Assembly (NCBI GenBank): GCA_963843555.1 | Contig: CAWJKV010000004.1 | Coordinates: 64,001-128,000, forward strand | Direction: 5' to 3' | Source: an uncultured Methanosarcinales archaeon | GTDB taxonomy: Archaea > Halobacteriota > Methanosarcinia > Methanotrichales > Methanotrichaceae | DNA length: 64,000 bases | Shown: positions 21,857 through 35,746 of the stretch, piece after piece | Layout: every line of letters begins with the position of its first letter | How positions within the stretch are numbered: the first letter of the stretch is position 1 | Notes under the pieces: generated by a model | What the model saw: only the letters and a program-made list of their open reading frames with translations | Databases searched by the model: none | What the model was told of the DNA's origin: nothing | Program-made: the position numbers and the translations under genes

Positions 21857-22567
21857 ATGTATGTTCTAGGAGTAAGCGGGAGTCCAACGAAGAATGCGAA
21901 TACAGACAAGCTTGTAAAAGCAGTTCTCGACTCCACGGGATTGGACACAGCTTTCGTGAAGCTTTCGGACTTAAACATAGGACCCTGCAGGGCCTGCATG
22001 GGCTGTGTAAGAACCAACGAATGTGTCCTGAAGGATGATTTTCAGGAGATCGGCCCACTGGTGATGAAAGCTGATGCTCTGGTGGTTGGCTCTCCGACAT
22101 ACTTCGGACTCCCCAGCGCATTTACCAAAGCATTCATGGAAAGACTTTACGCCTTCCGGCATGTGAATCTTCTCACCAAAGGGAAGGTGGCAGCTGCAGT
22201 GGCTGTAGGCTGTGCAGCCGAGAAGGATGTAGAAGCATGGCTGGGAAAGGTGATGGCTTTTGATGGAATGGATGTCGTGGGAACCATGAGCGCCAAGGGA
22301 ACTCCCTGTTGCTTTGTCTGCGGACCCGGAGAGGCGTGCAACTACGCATCCTGGAATGCTTATAGCCCCGAGATTGCAGGAATGGACTTTGGATGGAAGG
22401 AGAATTACGGGAACTACCTGGAGATACTTCCGGACAACATTCCTTATGTAAAGGGCTCAGCAAGGATTTTGAAGCATCACAGAAATGTGGAGGATGAGCC
22501 CGATGTCATGGCAAGTGCTCGGGTGTTGGGACAGGCCATAAGAAAAAGGCTTGATGATCGAAAATAA
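21857..22567 (+). CDS. Iron-sulfur flavoprotein/flavodoxin family (NADPH-dependent FMN reductase fold)
   Basis: GVSGSP, CRACMGC.....C (Cx2Cx2Cx5C), GSPTYF; extra CCFVCGPGEAC motif. Confidence 0.88.
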   Translation: MYVLGVSGSPTKNANTDKLVKAVLDSTGLDTAFVKLSDLNIGPCRACMGCVRTNECVLKDDFQEIGPLVMKADALVVGSPTYFGLPSAFTKAFMERLYAFRHVNLLTKGKVAAAVAVGCAAEKDVEAWLGKVMAFDGMDVVGTMSAKGTPCCFVCGPGEACNYASWNAYSPEIAGMDFGWKENYGNYLEILPDNIPYVKGSARILKHHRNVEDEPDVMASARVLGQAIRKRLDDRK

Positions 22568-22596
22568 GATTATATCTCACGAAGGTTTGATTTTAT

Positions 22597-22740
22597 GGCA
22601 ATACCCCGATGCTTGCATCGGGGATAAAGTGCATACTTGTTCAACTTAGGAATGGATCAGATCGATATAGTGCCGTCTCCATGCGGCGGCGCCTCGCATG
22701 CCCCGCCTGCTTGCAGCGGGGTGCGCCGCCGCCGTTTGAC
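22597..22740. mobile_element. Putative non-autonomous IS200/IS605-type palindromic element (~145 bp)
   Basis: Two related hairpins, CCCCGATGC-TT-GCATCGGGG (22604-22623) and CCCCGCCTGC-TT-GCAGCGGGG (22701-22721); TTTAT precedes it and TTGAC ends it. Confidence 0.5.
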
Positions 22741-24684
22741 TCTTTTCTTTAATGAAAATTCCAATCGAAACGCCTACTTGAATATCAATACATTTTCGTC
22801 TGATGATCCATCTGGACACTTTTCTTTTCTTTTGCTATTTCCATGCAGATTCAGAATGTATATTTCGTTAAAAAAATCAACTAACGATTTTCGCATCTGA
22901 CGATGAGTTACGCCATCAATATATGCATTGTTAGTTATAAATGCCAACACTCCGTAGCCAGTACGCTCGATTCGCCATTGCCCCCAACGAATAAATTTTA
23001 TGAAATCATCATCTTGGTTCAGCTTCTTCTCATTCAAGCCTTTCTTGTAATCCTTCAAGAGATTCAAGATAGTTTCATTTTTATTCATCATACCAAAATT
23101 GGAATACGGGGGATTGCCTAAGATTATCATGATTGGTATATCGCGTTTGACTCTTGACGCAGCGTTTGCCTCATCGCTGAGGATTCTATATGCACCAAAT
23201 AGCTTCTGCCACTCTGTAGGGGCTTCTTCCAATGTGTTAGTTAAATAAATTCCAAGTCGTTCCTCACCAGAAAAGTCATACTGCCAAACCTTTTGCATCT
23301 CTCTTGGCAGATCGAATCCCGCAAGCAGCATCCCAAGTTTGAAGTGGGCCATTGCATAAGGGGCCATAAGTAGCTCGAAACCGAAGAAACGAGGCAAAAG
23401 ATGATCTCGAACATAAGCTGACCAAAGGCCAGCATCGCCCCGATCCATAAATTCAGACCTAATGTGATCCATGACTGCGTACAAAAATGTGCCTGTCCAG
23501 CAAGCTGGGTCCAACACCAACACCCGAGGAGATGTCTCGTGGACTACTTTGAGAAGTTTGGTCCTATCTGGCCGTCCCTCTTTATCCAAAAAAAATTCTT
23601 CTCGATCATATTCCACCTTTGAACTATCAGCAAGGCCGCCCCCAAGTCCAAAATGAGTCTGTAGTATATGATCCACAGACTTGATGATGTACTGCACCAC
23701 GGGCTCAGGTGTGTAATAAACACCCCGCTTCTCCCTTGTCTTGGGATCGTAGGCTGCCAGGAATGTCTCGTAGAAATGCACCATCGGATCTTCCTGCTTA
23801 TTGCGCTTGCCGAAGTTCTCAAGCACCTTCTCGATATCTGTGTTGGCTAAATCTGCACTAGATCGTCCACAAAATCGACGTAAGGCTCCTCGTCCAGGCT
23901 GGAGCCAGTGATGGTTTCAAAGAGCTTCTTCAGAAACGGATTGTTTTGGGGATCTCGCGGGCTGCGCCCAGTCGCAGAAAAGGGCCGGTTCCTTTGTGAT
24001 TGACCCGCGCCGCAAAAAGTCCGTAGACAATTGTTTGAGCATACATGTCTGCGAACTCTGCGGTCTTCTCGGGCTTGTTTAGATCGGGAATAAGAACGTC
24101 TGCGAAGGCCTCCCGCAGATCCTTGAGGTCTTGCGATGCTCTATCCTTTCAAAGGCTTCTATAATAGTGTCGCGAATTATGTGAGCCAGCTTGGCCGCCC
24201 TCTCCGAGAGATCTCTAGGCGTGGTGATGGGCTGAGGGCGACTTTCCAGGAAGAGCTTCAGAAGTTCCGTGGTCTCATCGATTCCGTTCTTATCTGGCAG
24301 GATCTTGTTTCCTTTTCCAATCCTGCCCAGCCGGGCACTGTCTCGGAGTTGGCCGTCCACAAACCAGCGAAACTCCAGGTAGTCTGTCAGAATCAAGTTG
24401 GGCAGAGATTTTTTGTAGCGTTCCAGTTGATCTGAATCCTCCGCCTCATCTAAGGACTTGCCAAGGTCCTTCGTCTCCACATAACCGATAGAAAGGCCGT
24501 CCCTGCGCAGGATGAAATCCGGTGCTCCGCACTCTACTCGTTTTGGTTCGTTGGTGGCTCGAACCCCTGGGTTCAGAGATTCGACTAGATCCTTTAGGGC
24601 CGGTCGGTGAGTGTGTTCTGTCGCCCTCCCTGTCTTGAATTCTCTATCGATCTTTGCCAGATAGACTTTGATAACGTCACTCAT
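22741..24684 (-). pseudogene. Truncated type ISP/IIG-like restriction-modification enzyme (N6-adenine methyltransferase)
   Basis: GAPDF...GYVETKD nuclease-like N-terminus, HFYETFLAAYDP..RGVYYTP, DPACWTGTF, GNPPY, DENV(F)DIQVGVSIGIF; several frameshifts; C-terminal part absent. Confidence 0.8.
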
Positions 24685-24770
24685 CGCTTCCTGGAGGTCA
24701 ACGAATGTATCGCAGGTTATCGTTTCATACGTGCTCAACAAAAAAAGTTCTAAATTGGCTCCTCGCATTC

Positions 24771-25580
24771 TCAATCCTCAATGAAATAGGGCAGAGCCTC
24801 GTTCACGTTAGATACTTCTATAACATTAAGCCCCAATTCATCTCTTGCTGCCTTGGATAAATCCAGTGTCTTGGGCACATACCTGGCTCTCAGGATTTCG
24901 AAACCCAGATCTGTTGATTGACGTTGCAACTGTCTCTCGTAATAGGTGATATTGGATTGGCCTTTGGGGATAAGGAAATTTTTATACCCGGCGTTGGATG
25001 CTGCTTTCGTCTTTTCCAACACGCCCCCTATCTCGCCTATAGTTCCATCTTCGTTTATGGTTCCAGTTATTACTGCGTCGCTTTTAAGTGCTTTGTTCTC
25101 CAGGGCAGCTATGGTAAGAATTGCCGCTGCAGCTCCCGCACTCTCTCCACCGATGAGTTGCGCTTTAGTCGAGGAGAAATTAAACACAAAATCCTTATCG
25201 AATTTGTAGCTGGAATTGCGCGATTCTGCATAAGTCACTGCCGTCTTTACAGCATATTGGACATCAGGCTCCGAGAACGGATCGGTATTCATTAGAATAT
25301 CGTTGCTGCCCGGAATTAGTCTCAGGTTCATTTCACCTACTACTCCCATTTCGTCATCCGAAACAGCCACTATCGGTATACTCTTCTCAATAATGCTGAA
25401 ACCGGACATTTGCAGCTCATTTCGGTCTGAAACTGAAGACACTACTGGTCCGGATATTTCTCTGATTTCATCTCTTAAGATGGAAGTTTGTCCATTTAGA
25501 TCGTAGATGAGATATGAGTTTACCAGTACCAGGACTAAGAGAATGATACTTACGATCCACAATCCTCTGTTATTAGTCAT
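24771..25580 (-). CDS. Membrane-anchored S16/Lon C-terminal-type serine protease (no ATPase domain)
   Basis: N-terminal TM; GGESAGAA (catalytic Ser), ITGTINEDGTIGEIGGVLEKTKAA (catalytic Lys). Confidence 0.85.
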   Translation of the reverse strand: MTNNRGLWIVSIILLVLVLVNSYLIYDLNGQTSILRDEIREISGPVVSSVSDRNELQMSGFSIIEKSIPIVAVSDDEMGVVGEMNLRLIPGSNDILMNTDPFSEPDVQYAVKTAVTYAESRNSSYKFDKDFVFNFSSTKAQLIGGESAGAAAAILTIAALENKALKSDAVITGTINEDGTIGEIGGVLEKTKAASNAGYKNFLIPKGQSNITYYERQLQRQSTDLGFEILRARYVPKTLDLSKAARDELGLNVIEVSNVNEALPYFIED

Positions 25581-25583
25581 CGC

Positions 25584-26010
25584 TCAAACCCCGAGTTGAG
25601 GTATATGGGCCAGGTAGCTCTCCCTGAACTCTTTCTTATCGATATGGTAGTAGATTTATATATTGCTTCCCTTCTAACGTCTCCTCGAAGCTCCTGGATA
25701 AACTCCCGATACATGCCAGCACGTCGGAGATGGGTAGTAAACCTATGCCTGCAACAGTGTGGCAAGAAAAGATTCTCCATGCGCTCTGAGTTTGGATTGT
25801 GGAGCCCAACTTCTCAGCAGGTTTGGTGACTTCCAGGTAGACACCATTGTGGTTTAGACGGTCCCCAAATTATTTATAAATAACGCTTTTGAACCTTTCT
25901 CATTGCGAGTCTCTCTGGCTCTTACCACCTGGTCGGTATAAGGGCCATTTTCATCGTCGAAGAAAAAGGTCCGTATGGTCCTCTTGGGAGTGGGCTTGAG
26001 CCTAATGAAG
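25584..26010 (-). pseudogene. Tyrosine recombinase/integrase C-terminal remnant
   Basis: Across frames: LKPTPKRT...FFDDE, PHCCRHRFTTHLRRAGM.REFIQELRGD.RREAI, HIDKKE.RESYLAHIPQLGV; N-terminal half missing. Confidence 0.8.
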
Positions 26011-26175
26011 TAAAGTAATTCCTAAGGTCCTCAAGCCAGCATTTCGTTCGTTAGGAAGGTATTCGAGAAAGCTCACCATCGTGCATTATACGCCAAAATT
26101 GTTATGGATAAAAATGATATCTTACAAGCAACTATAAATAACTTTGATGCCATAACAATCCAGAGAGGAATACAT

Positions 26176-26286
26176 ATGGGAATTGCTAGAGCCGCTGCGG
26201 GTGTTGCTGTTGTAAAGCATCACCATGAAAAGAAGGAAGACAAGAAGGAAGCAAAGGAGCAGGAGAAGGAACAGAAAAAGACTTAA
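26176..26286 (+). CDS. Small 36 aa Lys/Glu-rich protein
   Basis: TATAAATA at 26133-26140, GAGGA RBS, T-rich terminator region 26350-26410. Confidence 0.55.
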   Translation: MGIARAAAGVAVVKHHHEKKEDKKEAKEQEKEQKKT

Positions 26287-26635
26287 ATAATCCCATGACT
26301 CGAAGGACAAAAATTACAATTTCCATCGCCTTGCATTGTCCTTAAATTGCTTTTTTTGGTGCGGTTTTTCTAATTTTTGTATTTTTGTTCCTTTTTTTTG
26401 TGCTCTTTTCAAAACCATTATTTACCGGGTGAGCTCCTTGTTTTCCTCGTGACCTTAGGACATCAGCTTTTTTTAATCTTTCCTTAACCAAAACCAGGCA
26501 TACCTATTGGTTGAGTTCTTAAGTCACGAGATCCGAAAATAATAATACCCGGCTTATCGTACCTTAATGAGGAGATCGAATTAAATTAAAGAACTGCAAG
26601 CCGTTGGGCGGGTCGGCTGCCTGTCTTGCCTGCAT

Positions 26636-27562
26636 TTACTGAAGCACTTCTGCTACACTTAAGACTATCTTTCCTCGCGTATGCCTGCTTTCGCTCACTT
26701 CCTGTGCCTTTTTGGCTTCGCTGAGGGGAAGTACCATAGTCACGATAGGCTGGATAAGCTTTCCATCAATAATCTTAGCGATCTGTGCAAGTTCATTGCT
26801 ATTGGCCTGACTTACAATATGTCTTGCACGCACTCCACGGGCATTTGCCACGTCTTCCTGAACATCAGCGACTGATGTGACCAGGAACCCGCCTGGTTTC
26901 AAAACTCCCCAGGATCTATCAAATGTGTCACCGCCAACCGTATCGATCACCACATCCACATCATGAACGATGTCCTCGAACCTTTGCGCATTGTAATCGA
27001 TCACCTCATCGGCGCCGAGGCTCTTTAAGAACTGGACATTGAAGTTGGATGCAGTAGCGACGGCATGTGCTCCCTTCCATTTTGCGAATTGAAGGGCGAA
27101 ACTTCCCACTCCGCCAGCAGCCCCATGTATGAGTACAGTCTGATCATTCTTGAGTCCTGCAATGTCGAAGAGCATTTGCCAGGCGGTAAGACCCGCAGTA
27201 GGGATGGCAGCGGCTTCGATGAATCCAATGCTTCTGGGCTTCAAAGCTGCCTGAGATTCGCTAACAATAGTATACTCTGCGTATCCACCATGTGCAGGTG
27301 ATGCTTTGGCAAAGATTTGATCACCTGGGTGGAACTGATCCACTTTTGGTCCTAGTGCATCCACAATGCCTGAGACATCAAATCCCATAGTCATCGGCAA
27401 GGGTATCTTCATGGAACCGTTTCGTATCTTCCAGTCGACCGGATTGACCCCTGCGGCTATCACCTTGATTCGGATCTCGCCCAGACCTGGCTGCGGCACC
27501 GGAACATCCTCATACATCAGAACCTCCGGACCGCCGAACTCATGAATCCTAACAGCTTTCAT
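26636..27562 (-). CDS. NADP-dependent oxidoreductase (MDR/quinone oxidoreductase family)
   Basis: MKAVRIHEFGGPEVL, GVNPVDWK, HGAAGGVG, RGKIVL. Confidence 0.92.
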   Translation of the reverse strand: MKAVRIHEFGGPEVLMYEDVPVPQPGLGEIRIKVIAAGVNPVDWKIRNGSMKIPLPMTMGFDVSGIVDALGPKVDQFHPGDQIFAKASPAHGGYAEYTIVSESQAALKPRSIGFIEAAAIPTAGLTAWQMLFDIAGLKNDQTVLIHGAAGGVGSFALQFAKWKGAHAVATASNFNVQFLKSLGADEVIDYNAQRFEDIVHDVDVVIDTVGGDTFDRSWGVLKPGGFLVTSVADVQEDVANARGVRARHIVSQANSNELAQIAKIIDGKLIQPIVTMVLPLSEAKKAQEVSESRHTRGKIVLSVAEVLQ

Positions 27563-28583
27563 CGTCTTAACCCGCCATTCCGCCTCAGCCAGAATACAGG
27601 CCATCTGTCAACCATCTGTCCTCAAGATTTTTGTTGCGATGGGCTTAGATCAGGGTGGCAAGAGGATCCATTTCTGGGGGATGAACCAGAGGCGGCCTGC
27701 ATCCCGAAGCTAGCAGAATTCCCATTCCTTTGCTCAATACCAACAGATCCCTTAAGGCATCTTATCGAATCGTGAGTGGCAGAAGCTATTTTAAGGATGA
27801 TGCTACCCTCAGACCAATACATGCCATTAGCCAATTAGTCCACTACTATTATACGAGTTCAAGAGTGATAAATATTTGGGATTTGTCTGGATCGGCTCTC
27901 CGAAATTAACCTCTTATAAGGGATTGTTGCGGAGTTGATATCCAAGAGAAAATTTCGGCTCTTTGCCGTATCGAGAGGGGAAAGGGATACTCGACTCTCG
28001 TGAACTTTCTCCTCAGGAAGGGAGGATCTTATGGATGAATGTCAGCGCGATTGAGTTGGAGCGTGTCTCCTCCAAGCCCAAAAATTACCGATGTCTTAAA
28101 TTCTCTTTTGCAGCGCAGCATCGTCTTTTTCATGTACTTCCCTCCATGAGTTGATGATGCTTAATTCATTTTCCTCTCGGAGGGGTTCACTCCACCTCAT
28201 AATTCTCCCCTTGATGTATCCTCTAGATACTGCCGATCGCTGCAGGAAGCTGGAGCGAAATAGAGCGATCTCGGGCGGCGCACAGGATTGAGTATGCCGA
28301 TCTGGAACCACTCATTTGAAGAGCTGGAAGAGGAAAGCTGGATCATCCGGGCTGCCCGCACCTTCAGGCAAGAGGATAAACCATGAAAACAGATGACAGA
28401 AGCTTTATTCTCTAACGAGAATTCCTGTGGCCATAGCTCTATCAACCGCAGATTCGGGCTTTCCTTGAGGCTAACTGTCTAGGAGCAGATGCGAGTGCAC
28501 TTTGGCTCAAGTGCGTTTGATAATTCAAAACGTTTATGAAGATAGAACTGTCTCTTGCTTTTCATGTTGAAGAGATCTGCGGA

Positions 28584-31347
28584 TATGGGAGACGTGGGCA
28601 AAAAAACCTCGGCAGGAGCCCAAGAGGTCACGCCGAGGGATGCTCCATCGGTCCCCCTGAAAAAAAAGGCCCGGTCTGAGAGCAGGGCCGATATTCGGCA
28701 GAATAGTGATTTGTACCTTTATGCAGGATTGATACTGGCGGCACTCTTATCATTCTATCTGCGCGCCTATATTCTCTGGAATAAAGTCTTCTCCGGCAGC
28801 AAGGTTATCTTCAGCAGTGAAAGCGATGCCTGGTATCATATGATGCTCGCCAAAGGCGTTGTGATCAACCAGCAGAGACTCTGGTTTGATCCCATGACTA
28901 ACTTTCCCCATGGAACGCCACTCCACTTCGGCCCTTTCCTCGACTGGGCCATTGCAATTTTCTCCTATATCTTCGGCCTTGGCCATCCCAGCATGCATCT
29001 CGTTGAAGTGGTTGGCGCCTTCATGCCAGCAGTCTTGGGGGCGCTCTTGGTCTTCCCTGTCTACTTCATAGGAAAGGAGCTCGGAGGCAAGAGCTGCGGC
29101 TTCGTCTCAGCGATGATTGTCGCCGTACTTCCCGGTCAAATCTACATCCGCACCACACTTGGATTCACAGATCATCACGCGGCAGAGATTTTTTTTAGCA
29201 CCTTAACTATGATGTTCTTGCTCATGGCTCTCCGCACCGGGAAGGGCATGACCTTCGGGGACGTGCAGAAGGATTGGTCATCATTCAAGAACCCTCTCCT
29301 CTACTCCACCCTGGCGGGAGTTTCGCTCGGCCTTTACATCGATGCCTGGTCGTCTGGGTTCCTCTTTGTTGGCATAATTCTGCTCTTTATTTTCCTGCAG
29401 AGCATTTTTGACCACATAAAGGGAAAAAATGTAGAGTACTTAAGCATCAGCGGCGCCATTACCTTCATTGTAGCCACACTATTGGTGCTCCCCTTTGTGA
29501 AGCCCTACCACGGCTTCAATCACTATCTCTACAGTTTCTTCCAGCCCACCGTACTTCTCCTGGGAGTAGTGGCGGTCATCATCTTCGCTATCCTGTCCAG
29601 ATACATCAGAGATAACGGCCTCAATAGATACTACTACCCCCTCTCAATGGTGGGAATTACTGCGATCGGCACATTGATGCTCTTGGTTGCCATCCCCCAG
29701 TTCATCTGGCCCCTCCTCACAGGGCTGACCATATTCCAGCAGAAAACAGGAGGCGCGATTACTGTTAATGAAGTAACACCATTATTCTCCTATGGCGGTG
29801 CCTTCTCTGTGGTCGATGTCATGGTCGGGTTCCCTGGCATCATCAGGACGACTTATTTCCCTGCCATATTCTTCTCCACCTTCACATTCGCCTTTGTGGC
29901 ACTGATTTTGCTTCTGATTCGAAATTTCAAGAGCCAAAAGCCCGCTGAAATTATGATCTTAATCTGGTCCCTGGTCATTCTCGTCATGGCCATCGCCCAA
30001 AATAGGTTCACCTATTACTATGGAGTAAACGTGGCTATTCTCACTTCATTTCTGGGGATATGGGTATTCCATAAGTTCGGAATCAAGGAAATGGAGTGGA
30101 ACTCTGAAGAGTTTAGGGAACCGGCCAAACTGCCAGCCTCAAATCTCAAGATCATTCTGGCTGCAGTCGTGATAATTCTACTTGTTATATGGCCCAGTCT
30201 GACCACGACTATAGAATTTGCTAACTATGCAGCAGGCCCTGATTCAGACTGGTTGACCTCGACGGCATGGCTGAAGAACAATACACCAAGTCCCGGAATG
30301 GATCTCTATGCGAAATATGAGCAACCCGCCAACGGCCAGTACGTCTACCCGAATGCCGCTTACGGCATCATGTCCTGGTGGGATTACGGACACCTTATTG
30401 AGACCGTGGGCCATAGGATTCCCAATGCCAATCCATTCCAGCAAGGGATAGGCAGCGTCACAGCGAATGTGCCCGGGTCCTCGCCCTTTTTCCTGGCCGA
30501 GAATGAGAGCCAGGCAGAAAAGGTGCTTGCCGAACTGGATCTGAAAAGGTCGCGTTACATGAATGCCAAATATGTGATAATCGACCAGCCCATGACCAGC
30601 GGCAAATTCCATGCCATGGCCTCATGGAGTGATATTCCCGATTCGCAATACATGGCAACAGTTTACGGGTCACGAGGGAACCAGTTGGTTCCGATCCAGC
30701 TCTATCGAGAATCCTACTTCAAGACGATGACGGCACGCCTGTTCTTCTTCGACGGCACGGAGGTGGCAGGGGATCAGAGAGTGGGATTCGCCTATCGCAT
30801 TACGGATGTGGGAGATGGAGTTACTGTTCCAGTGCTCACCAAGGCGCCCCTTATCTCCGAGAATCGCACCGAACTGGAGGCCTTCGTCAACGAGAGCCGA
30901 AACCAGGGGGACCTTGCCGAGATCTATTCCACCAGCCCCTCCCGTGCAGCATTCCCATTGGAGGCTTTGCAGCACTTCAGGCTGGTGCATGAATCGGAGA
31001 CAGCTGTAACCAGCGACGGCCAGAAGGATGTTAAGATCTTCGAGAACGTTCCTGGCGCGGTGATAAAGGGAAGTGCACCAGCAGGAACCAAAGTCGTAGC
31101 CGCGGTGCCCATCATGACCAATCAAAACCGGACTTTCCTGTACCAGCAGTCCAACATCAGCGATTCCAGCGGCCAGTTCTCTCTGGTACTTCCCTATTCG
31201 ACGGAAGGTCCCATTCCCAGTGGCACGCAATTCGATACCAAACCCATGAGCAGCTACAAGCTGTCTGTGGGAGACGATACCTACGAATTGAAGGTGCCTG
31301 AGGAGTACGTTCTCTCAGGAGTTGTCCTCAACGTATCCGGATCGTAG
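28584..31347 (+). CDS. aglB: Oligosaccharyltransferase AglB (STT3)
   Basis: Multiple TM helices, DAWYH, DHH, SWWDYGH, NPFQQG. Confidence 0.95.
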
Positions 31348-32361
31348 CAGACCTCGGATGCGGGAGAGGCTTCATGAAGCTCCTGGTGGTAATGAGCTGG
31401 CCCGAGATCGAAGCAGGACTCGGGCAGACCCGACCTGTGATCCTGCCAGTAGGTGCCACAGAGGAAAACGGCCCTCACCTCCCCCGATCATGAATACCAT
31501 TTCAAGCTCTGGAGGTGGCTCGGTCTGTTGCTGACCAGAAGGACGTATTCCTGGGCTCTACCACTGCGTTACGGTGCCTGTTGCAGCGCGGTTTCCCGGC
31601 ACCATACAGTAGGGCACGTGTTCTGCGAGCCTTGTCTCATTCGCAGACAGCGGCTTTGCAAAGGTCATGATTCTGACGGGGCATGCCGGTGGCAGCATAT
31701 GGCGGCCCTGGATGAGGCATGCCAGATATCCGTAGAAAACCAGATTTTCGCCCTGCTCAGCAATGACCTACTTCTGCATCTCTCGTTAACTTGCAGGTCG
31801 AGCCTCCTCTTTGAATAAAGAGATCATTCCGATCTTCCAAGAAGTGCAAAATCTCGAAAAAATATATTTTGCTGGAAAAAATGGAATTAATCTCTTGCTT
31901 GCTCTAAACTACAGATCACGGATATTCATACGAATGGAAAATGGCTTGCAGAATTATCAAAGATAGCTCCTGGCACAATCTGAGAAAAGCTTGGAGCGAG
32001 CAACTAAATCCCCCCATAAGATTATCACTGAAAGGACGATAGAAGCAATGACACGCTTACTGAAGAAATTCAGGGAGGAGGTAGAGAGCCCTGAACTCTC
32101 CAGCATCGGTTGATTTAGATAACTCAACAAATCTATTATATATGTTCATTATACTTAATCTTTTCGGCCCAATTTCCGTTTGAAACCGCGTTATGGATTT
32201 TGAGGGAAGGGAGCACCACGGATGATGGTGGATAATTGTGAAATATGTGACACTAACACACTAACTGAAGTCTTAAATACCACTATATCTATATCTACTT
32301 GAGACCATTTTCCATGACAATTGGTCGATGTCCACACTAAAAGACAAGAAAAATCGGAGAA

Positions 32362-32646
32362 ATGAAGGCGCACATGGACAAAAAATTGTACCGCTCCAAG
32401 AAGGATCGCTGGGTCGGGGGGGTATGCGGCGGTCTGGGTGAGTACCTGAACATTGACCCGATCATCATCCGGCTGATCGCAATGGTGCTGATCCTATCCG
32501 CGGGCGCGGGCCTCATTGTATATATCATTGCCTGGCTCATCGTGCCCGAGGAGCCGGATTTGCCCACCGGAACGGAAGAATCCCAGACCGTGGTTGATAT
32601 AACTGAAATCGCAGTTCCAAAAGCAAAAGAAGAAAAATGGGAGTAA
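32362..32646 (+). CDS. PspC domain protein
   Basis: KKLYRSKKDRWVGGVCGGLGEYLNIDP...YIIAWLIVPEE. Confidence 0.9.
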   Translation: MKAHMDKKLYRSKKDRWVGGVCGGLGEYLNIDPIIIRLIAMVLILSAGAGLIVYIIAWLIVPEEPDLPTGTEESQTVVDITEIAVPKAKEEKWE

Positions 32647-32869
32647 ATAGCATTTATTTTTTGAGAAAGTTCATCGCTCGCCACGCTATCGACCTGTATC
32701 CCGTGAACCCAAGCCGGCTAAAGGGTAAAATTGATTCTCAGGTAATTCATCATCGACAAGGATGATGCCATTGCGTTAGTTATTGCCTAAGACTCCGTTG
32801 AGAATCGCGTAAAGTATATCTACAATTGCCGTAGTCTCCCCTCATCCCACCCCAAGTGAGGCTAGACAC

Positions 32870-35543
<2,674 letters not shown>

Positions 35544-35677
35544 AAATAAGAAAATTATAAAAAATAGATATATCAAAATCGAACAACGAACGACAAAAGA
35601 TCGAATATTGAGTCGCGCATCACAGGGGAGCGGCCCGGAGCTGTTGCGCTATTTATCGCCTTCATTAGATCGTGTAA

Positions 35678-35724
35678 ACGGGGCCCTGGCCCCGTCTTTG
35701 GTCCAGGAAATTCTGTTTTTTTTT
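35678..35724. terminator. Hairpin plus T-tract between convergent genes
   Basis: ACGGGGCC-CT-GGCCCCGT followed by a T9 run. Confidence 0.45.
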
Positions 35725-35746
35725 GCAGCTCATCTTCTTGTCTTTT

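Noticed and set aside
28320..28470. GAGGAAAG...CAGATTCGGGCTT resembling RNase P RNA conserved regions
   Set aside because: The P4 consensus is incomplete, the span is too short and no closing P1 helix is visible
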